Assembly: GCA_024626585.2 (NCBI GenBank)
Contig: JANKJI020000002.1
Coordinates: 213,908,041-213,925,017, forward strand
Length of the DNA stretch: 16,977 nucleotides
Direction: 5' to 3'
DNA from: Ginkgo biloba
Lineage: Eukaryota; Plantae; Ginkgophyta
The notes beneath the pieces are model-generated. The model made no database searches. It had not been told where the DNA came from and saw only the letters and a program-made list of their open reading frames with translations. Shown one piece after another: positions 10,220 to 16,977 of this stretch; position 1 is the stretch's first letter; the number at the start of each line of letters is the position of its first letter. The position numbers and the translations under genes were made by a program.

Positions 10220-11296
10220 TGTCTAGCCCCAATAACAAGTGTTCACACACAAGGGCCTTGTTAGCATAAACCCTAGCTAGTTATATAATATCCTCACAAT
10301 GGTTACCGTGCACTTGCAAGATGCCATAGACAGGGTTCTAGGGTGTTTACTCAAAAGAGATCACACAATTTAAGACCCTTATACCTTACTCATCATAGTA
10401 GTAATCAAACACACTAAATTGCAAGNNNNNNNNNNNNNNNNNNNNNNNNNNNNNNNNNNNNNNNNNNNNNNNNNNNNNNNNNNNNNNNNNNNNNNNNNNN
10501 NNNNNNNNNNNNNNNNNNNNNNNNNTATGTCAAGTACTAACAAACCTTGCAGGCTTAAGGTCGGATCTGTGACAGTTTTGGATGCAATAACAACGATAAA
10601 ACTTCACTAGTATCCTTTTGTCTTGATTCAATCTTTCTCCATAGCTTTAGATGGCTCCAACAACTTCAAAATAGCTTCAGATAAGTTCGCCTTCAACTTC
10701 AACGCTGATAGAAGGTTTCTGTAGCAGAAACTCCCTTAGAAAAGTCTCTAGAATGTCAAGATAGTAGTTCGCCAAGCCTTAGGAAGTAGAGAAGCAGAAA
10801 ATTGTGACTTGTAGAAGAAGCAGGGAGAATGCTAGACGCAAGAAAGTAGAAGCCAACACTAAAAGATTGAAGGAATAATGACCCTTGACGTCATCCTTAG
10901 GCCTCCTTATATACTTTTTGAAGGGACATGTCCATACCTGAAGTCAGCTTACCACGTAGGCTCAAGGCTACTAAAAATCCTCTGCAGAAGTTAAATTGTC
11001 CCTTAGAAACTGGGCATTAGGGTTTAAGTTAGTTTGTTTTACCGTTTTAAGTCATTTTTAGGCCTTTTAAGGGCCCCACTATCATAAATAGCCACCAACT
11101 TTAGGATTAACCTACTTGTTTGGAAGCTAATCTCTTTCTTAGCCTTCCTCGTCATAAATAAAGGTCTTTTTGCCTTCCTTAGCCCCAATTAATGCATTAG
11201 ATCTTCTCTTAGGGTTTTCCAAGCCTGTTGACTAACTTTGACTAACCTTTGACCAAGTTTGACCGGGCTTGGACTAGGGTTGATTGGGCTGTAACA
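10220..11296 (-). mobile_element. 5' LTR (~1.08 kb, spanning a 100-N gap) of a Ty3/gypsy (Tekay/Del-like) retrotransposon
   Basis: The - strand starts TGTTACAGCCC (11296) and ends GGGGCTAGACA (10220), imperfect inverted termini typical of this group. An internal TATA box tatataaggagg (~10913-10902) is followed by a CT-rich leader. A PBS-like TGG motif starts 2 nt after the end. There is no TSD match and no second LTR in the window. Confidence 0.75.
11228..11290. repeat. Degenerate 10-11 bp tandem repeat (ttgactaact-like, ~6 copies) at the LTR 5' end
   Basis: Seen directly: ttgactaact ttgactaacct ttgaccaagt ttgaccgggc ttggactaggg ttgattgggc. Confidence 0.8.
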
Positions 11297-12495
11297 TCTA
11301 TACTATATTTGTTTCTGTAACACATCGTCCGCTTTGTTCTAGCTCTACATGGCATTAAATTCTAGTATTTAATGCTTTTGCATAAAAGAAAACTCTTTGA
11401 AAAGCACCTCCATTTGAAGGTGCCATTAAGGCATCATAACAAACATATCAAGTGCACCTCGATATGATATATAATTGGAGGCAATTGATTTACAATCCAG
11501 AAACGATCATATAGTACTATTAATGAGTTTACATCAGAGTTGGGTTATATTTAGCCATAAGTTACAATTTACATAAAAGTTCCTTTTATATGAATTATTT
11601 AATAAATACATAATTGAAGGTATACATGGACTATCATACCTGGAATATGTGCCATTTACTTCAAATCTATAGTTGAGTAAGAATTCACACCAAATGTATA
11701 GTTGAGTACATTGATGTAACTAGAAAATTTTCACCTAGTATCTTTAACTAGATGAGAGGAAATATGACCAACTCACCTAACCACTCATAGGCAATGCTTC
11801 AACATTCTCACTTCCCTTGAATCAAGAGTCAAAAGAGCTTGATGTGAAATTGCTTGACTAGTACCATCCAANNNNNNNNNNCTGTCAGTAGCACTTGAAC
11901 TAGCTCTCATGTGGAGGCTCCAACAAACTCACTCTCAACTAGTGCACAACTTAAACAAATCCTCAAGGAAAATACACATCATCATGATATCATGTTTACA
12001 GCAAGGTTTTCTTAGAGATAAACATACAACTTATGTCTAGAAGAATTATCAAATTAAGGGGTCCAAACCACGAGCATACCATCATGTATACATCAAACTA
12101 ATGCGAATCTTGGGTGAGCTCACCCNNNNNNNNNNNNNNNNNNNNNNNNNNNNNNNNNNNNNNNNNNNNNNNNNNNNNNNNNNNNNNNNNNNNNNNNNNN
12201 NNNNNNNNNNNNNNNNNNNNNNNNNTCATATCATAGAGAAGGTTATGTGTCTTTTCTTTGAATGTCTAAGTTACGATCATAACACAGTTTCTTTGAACAT
12301 ATTGAATTTCTTCACATCATATGGTTTGAAAACATTAACACCTTTTGGGCTTTTGTCAATTTTGGAATTGAGCACAAGGATTTTCTCCTATGAGCATCAG
12401 CAGTACATGCCAACAAACATTCCTGAAGCATTCTTAAAGGAGCCCTTTCTAGTATAGTCTAAGANNNNNNNNNNNNNNNNNNNNNNNNNNNNNNA

Positions 12496-13595
12496 ATAGA
12501 TGTGAGTTGGCTAAATGTGAATCCCACTAGGTTAGGCCCATGGTTTAGCAACTAGGGTTGTAAATTGAGATCATGCACACACATTTAATTACGCATATAG
12601 GTCATTCATTATGCATTGACATAAGAATACAAGCATAATGTGGGCACAACCTCCTATGTTTATCATCATTAATGATAGTACAAAACATAAGGCCTGCCAC
12701 ACGTATGCCCTATGCATTAAACTCGGCTCTCACACTTTCTCACTCGTTTTCTCTCTACTATTTGAAATATGGTATCTCTTTATAACGCTATCATCTCTCT
12801 TTTAAGTTGAACTGGCACAACTCCCAAGGTGCCTCCTCATAAATTCTAGTTAATTCCTGCTCTTAATTTATGCACGTTCATTAGGCTGCCTTTTCAGCAT
12901 TGCATCATAATCACTCTTTTGCACACCTCATAATGACTGCTGAAATCATTTGTCTCACAAAATGTTGCTGTACAGCCTTGCTGATGTCATCTAGACTATT
13001 ATATAGCATTAAGTGTTGCTGTACGACCTCATTAAATGTTGTACAGAATGTGTACCTCATCAATTCTTGCTTCATTTTCTTTAAATAAGGCTGACACCAT
13101 CTGTATGGTCTTTTAATGCTGTATGTCACGTGTACCTCATCTGCATTAAATGCAGCAAGTGATGCTACTGACATCATACTGTACAAACTGCTAATGTCAC
13201 TCGTGGCATGTAATGTTGTTGTGCTGCTTGTATTCTCCCATAATTGCTGGATTCACTGGAATCTGCATTCATTTACCGAGTCTTCATTTAATCTCATGGG
13301 ATTTGCTGGTCCTTTTTTGGGATCTCCATGGATTCTACTGTTTTCTGTCCATTTGCCATGTGGCATGTAGAACCTACTAACTATTGTCTTGGTACCAGCA
13401 CATGAGGACACTGTTTGAGACAGTTTGGAAATGCATCCCTTTGAGCAGAAGTTCCAAAGCAACTTATGAGTCATGCATACACATTTGACCAACACATCTA
13501 ATCATTTCAACATAACAGGAGGCAATTTCATAAGAAGATCATTCAGCACATGGATTGAACGTCTACCTATGACATCCAAGCAGATACAAGACCTG
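12496..13595 (-). mobile_element. Probable LTR-like remnant with internal degenerate repeats
   Basis: Recurrent motifs tgttgctgtac, tgtacctcat, cattaaatg and tgctratgtca at ~12960-13200. On the - strand they are followed by ttataaagag (~12785) and a GA-rich tract, which resembles U3-TATA-R layout. Both ends are gaps, so no termini can be checked. Confidence 0.4.
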
Positions 13596-14086
13596 NNNNN
13601 NNNNNNNNNNNNNNNNNNNNNNNNNNNNNNNNNNNNNNNNNNNNNNNNNNNNNNNNNNNNNNNNNNNNNNNNNNNNNNNNNNNNNNNNNNNNNNNNNNNN
13701 NNNNNNNNNNNNNNNNNNNNNNNNNNNNNNNNNNNNNNNNNNNNNNNNNNNNNNNNNNNNNNNNNNNNNNNNNNNNNNNNNNNNNNNNNNNNNNNNNNNN
13801 NNNNNNNNNNNNNNNNNNNNNNNNNNNNNNNNNNNNNNNNNNNNNNNNNNNNNNNNNNNNNNNNNNNNNNNNNNNNNNNNNNNNNNNNNNNNNNNNNNNN
13901 NNNNNNNNNNNNNNNNNNNNNNNNNNNNNNNNNNNNNNNNNNNNNNNNNNNNNNNNNNNNNNNNNNNNNNNNNNNNNNNNNNNNNNNNNNNNNNNNNNNN
14001 NNNNNNNNNNNNNNNNNNNNNNNNNNNNNNNNNNNNNNNNNNNNNNNNNNNNNNNNNNNNNNNNNNNNNNNNNNNNNNNNNNNNNN

Positions 14087-14406
14087 GTGGTACTCACGCA
14101 CCCTCATAGGCCAAACAATAGCAATGGCTTCTTTCTATTGGTTCACAAGGAGCCAGTCACATGGCCACACAAACATGTGACCTGGCAATAACAATCCAAG
14201 CCAGTAGACACTCCTATTGGTGGCACACGGGCCAATAGACACATGCCAAAAACAACATGCAAGCATAAGCTACTAAGGCTCTCGACCTTAGTTCCATGTT
14301 CTGGTTCATTAATCCCTCATCTTGGCCCATACTTCTTAAAAGGTGAAGGGGAAAGAAACTCTGAAAAATTCCCCTCTTCATATAGCATAAGGTTGAATCC
14401 TTCACA
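14087..14406. mobile_element. Possible LTR terminus fragment ending ...ggttgaatccttcaCA
   Basis: More GC-rich than the right flank, with a TG/CA-type end at 14406. The other end would be lost in the gap at 13596-14086. Inference only. Confidence 0.35.
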
Positions 14407-14759
14407 TCATCTCAATATGTACATGTGGCAGCTAGGGCCCACTATCTCAATGGTCCGACTCAACCAAACTGTCAAATAAAGCCAAATAATACAATGTGAT
14501 AAAATACACAACCACATTATTATATATACATTTGGGTCATGACAACTTCAGTTTTGCTGATGAATTACAAGAATTTATAATACTATCTAAATGCATAGGG
14601 CATATTCATATTATGCCAATAAACAGACCACATGAAATGCCACCTAAGTGTACTATAAAGCTTTTCATTTTTGTCATTTGCTATATCATTAAAATTTCAT
14701 TTGTCCATAGGCCATGTATTCAGGAGGCTTTACAGAAGTATCCCTAGGTTCATTATGCC

Positions 14760-15105
14760 CCTGTTAGTAAAGGTTCTTGAAACTAGTTGAGTTGGTACCT
14801 GAATTGAGTTCTGGAACCCAGTTGGTGAACCAGGTACTTGAACCTGGCTTAGGTTATTGAGTCTGGTTTGGTTTGAAAACAATTGTTACTTATTTTCAAT
14901 CTCCATATTTTGAGCAATGCAGATTTAAGACCACTAGGTGAAGATTTCAGCGTATTGGTAAATTTCCAATTACTTGACACACGTATGAAATTAGTTCCAA
15001 AATTTATATATGTATATATGCTGCTGACCTGATTCTTGCCAACTGGAATTTTCAAAATGCCAAACCCACACCTGCACCTGCCCTTGCTTCCATACCGTCA
15101 GCTAA
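14760..15105. mobile_element. Possible decayed non-autonomous DNA transposon/MITE
   Basis: Clustered GAACC/GGTTC-type short motifs at 14770-14875, an AT-rich core, and acctgc repeats at ~15060-15085. No clean TIR or TSD identified. Confidence 0.25.
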
Positions 15106-15109
15106 GAAC

Positions 15110-15199
15110 CCTAGAAACCTTATTCCCTACATAAGATTTGAACTTGGTGAAAATACCACTGAAAGTTAGTCTTCACCAATTGAGCTAACCTTGGAGACC
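15110..15199 (-). mobile_element. tRNA-derived SINE-like head (or tRNA pseudogene) with Pol III A and B boxes
   Basis: On the - strand, A box TAGCTCAATTGGT (15187-15175) and B box AGTTCAAATCT (15144-15134) lie 30 nt apart, which is tRNA-like spacing. No intact cloverleaf could be folded, and boundaries are approximate. Confidence 0.7.
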
Positions 15200-15238
15200 A
15201 AAAAATATACAGTTTTAAAAGCACTCTAAAAATTGTCT

Positions 15239-15370
15239 TTATGGAAACATAAATGTGTTCTGCCACAAACCATTCCAGCATTGATGGGTAGAGGTGTTTC
15301 TGATGCCTCCTAAACTTCGATGCTCATCCAGCTTCATACATTTCAGATTCCCAGTATCCAGCCTCCATGT
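15239..15370 (-). CDS. Candidate terminal exon of the - strand gene model: TWRLDTGNLKCMKLDEHRSLGGIRNTSTHQCWNGLWQNTFMFP*
   Basis: Acceptor ttttataattgtatcAG. Open in phase 0 for 43 codons to TAA (15241-15239), and phase-compatible with the upstream candidates. No homology recognised. Confidence 0.4.
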   Translation of the reverse strand, partial: TWRLDTGNLKCMKLDEHRSLGGIRNTSTHQCWNGLWQNTFMFP

Positions 15371-15633
15371 CTGATACAATTATAAAATGTGTTGATAAAT
15401 ATATATCATGTGATAGTATTTTTTTAGAAGATGATATGGTCTGTATTCAAACACACCATCATACTAGATCATGTCAAAAGAATAAAANNNNNNNNNNATG
15501 GAGGATAAGCAATAATGAGATGAGAACTGACGTTGGCTGGACGAATTATCTTAGAAGAACCACTCTCTGCCTATTTTGCATTACATGAAGTGAGAGATTT
15601 TGTTTCCATTTCAAACATTTATGTGTGTCTCAC

Positions 15634-15654
15634 CATTATGTAGGACTCTATCCA
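15634..15654 (-). CDS. Candidate 21-nt micro-exon (WIESYIM)
   Basis: Acceptor ttatttctaacAG and donor atg|GTGAGA. Phase 0-0 and stop-free. Confidence 0.4.
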
Positions 15655-15791
15655 CTGTTAGAAATAACTGTACATATTAATATGTAAGACAGCTAGTTAC
15701 TAGTCTTTCAAGAAAATATTTATACTTAATAATGTGTTAGATACTGAGTAACTACTCTTTCAACTGGCACAAAATTATCTCTGAGAGTTAC

Positions 15792-15838
15792 CTTGTTAGG
15801 AATACCATGGTCCGGATAATTCCTTATTATGTTGCAAG
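15792..15838 (-). CDS. Candidate 47-nt exon: (A)CNIIRNYPDHGIPNK
   Basis: Acceptor ttgttatctattctgtAG and donor aag|GTAACT. Only one frame is open, and it is the one compatible with both neighbouring exons. Confidence 0.5.
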
Positions 15839-16027
15839 CTACAGAATAGATAACAATCTAGACAATAGTGATTGTCACTGTAGGTTCCACTTTGAGCCAT
15901 AGATTGCTTAGGTTGCAAACTTATCCTTGGAAATTATCAGGACAGATGGAATATGACAACCTTCCTTTTAGCAACAGACATCATCTGCAGTGTAATGTTT
16001 TTGTGAACAACACTGCCTTTCTTTTAC

Positions 16028-16097
16028 CTCTCCAACTTATGAGCAGATTGAAAGTTGGAACTTTATGAAGAGTATGGAATAGTGCATGAAGCACCAT
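16028..16097 (-). CDS. Candidate first coding segment of the - strand model: MVLHALFHTLHKVPTFNLLISWR
   Basis: ATG in gcagtaATGG context at 16097 and donor gag|GTAAAA at 16027, phase 1. Upstream sequence to a possible acceptor at 16614-16613 has stops in all three frames, so it is UTR, pseudogene or non-coding. Confidence 0.3.
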
Positions 16098-16977
16098 TAC
16101 TGCTCCAATTTGTTCTTTTGGTGCCACTGAGGCAAGATATTGGCTTGGAGTGTATTCAATTTCCTCCTTTCGGGCCAGTAAACCAAATGATGATTCTTAG
16201 CATTCTTGTTTGCATATCGGTGCATCTTCTTGTCCATGGAGCATGCACTAAAATTCTTTTTCAACAGGAAGATAACCGTTTAAAGCCAGAAAAAACAAAT
16301 CAAAACCTAACAGAAGAGAGTGCTTCTCCAGGGCAGACTTTTTGGAGTCTCCTCCATGTATCTGGCTTCATTTGGAATCATACTTTAACCTGTCCAGCAA
16401 TTTTCCTCCTCTTTCCCCCACTTGAAATCTAAGCTATCCTCCTTGGTACCTCCTCCTTCCACAAAGCATAAGATGAGGAGCCCTTAGAGTGGTCAAATGG
16501 ACAGAAGAAAAGGATTTGAGAGTTGTGGAATAGGTCAGGATGTTTCATTTTAATCAACTACATGGATTCCATCTTGTATCTACTAAAAGTTTCATAGCAT
16601 CTATAATGATTCCTGTAAGTTTTAGAATGCAAATTCCAACAGATTAAGCTGCAACAACTTATCCAGCTGGAAGACATCATCATAGGATAGGGCATTCAAA
16701 CATATGTAGGTTTCAGGGAATATATTGGCAGCAGATTAAAATTCCTTTATAGTGTTTCTGGATTAGTTGTAACTTCTATTGAGACTTGTTCCTGCCAATT
16801 GCACTGTATGTCTATTAATGTTGGTGTCTTTCCATTTCCAATTTTCTTGTATATGCAGAGTTACTGTGGTTTTCCACTCCCTCTGTCATTACAATTGTGA
16901 TTGCAAACTTTACTGCCATTTTGGTGACTTTGACATCATGGTTTAATGTTCGTTTTATTGAACATTTATTTTACATT

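Noticed and set aside
11662-11708. 18-bp near-perfect direct repeat caaat(c/g)tatagttgagta with a 29-bp period
   Set aside because: Only two copies with an 11-nt spacer in eukaryotic context. A simple tandem duplication, not a CRISPR array.
12900-13495. Four overlapping ORFs on both strands
   Set aside because: No domain similarity or splice support; better explained by a repeat-rich LTR-like sequence.
15110-15199. Functional tRNA gene
   Set aside because: A and B boxes are present, but I could not form acceptor, anticodon and T stems.
16055-16432. Supplied 125-aa + strand ORF
   Set aside because: TTG start and no homology recognised. Splice signals in this region favour the - strand.
1-16977. 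Prokaryotic-style novel system (operon, CRISPR, defence island)
   Set aside because: The sequence is intron-containing, transposon-rich plant-like DNA with very low coding density and no such architecture.

Overview
AT-rich eukaryotic DNA, almost certainly from a large land-plant nuclear genome (the transposon repertoire suggests a gymnosperm or fern, which is inference). It is a fragmented scaffold with 11 N-gaps, so contiguity across gaps is not guaranteed. Two candidate spliced genes face each other. On the + strand, three phase-compatible exons (2852-2910, 3654-4097, 4231-4312) encode a hydrophilic, probably disordered protein of unknown identity. On the - strand, a weaker four-exon model (16097-15239) includes a 21-nt micro-exon. 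The rest is largely decayed transposons: a hAT-like 3' end (~797-1834), a Tat/Ogre-type Ty3/gypsy RNase H fragment (1967-2240), a solo-LTR candidate (7288-7699), a non-L1-looking LINE with ORF1 and APE endonuclease remnants (8354-9390, -), a gypsy-type 5' LTR with a PBS-like motif (10207-11296, -), further LTR-like pieces, and a tRNA-derived SINE-like head (~15110-15199, -). Most supplied ORFs are spurious or run through N-gaps. I found no convincing evidence of a novel multi-gene system. The best leads are the unusual LINE, the micro-exon gene model and a regularly spaced hairpin cluster.
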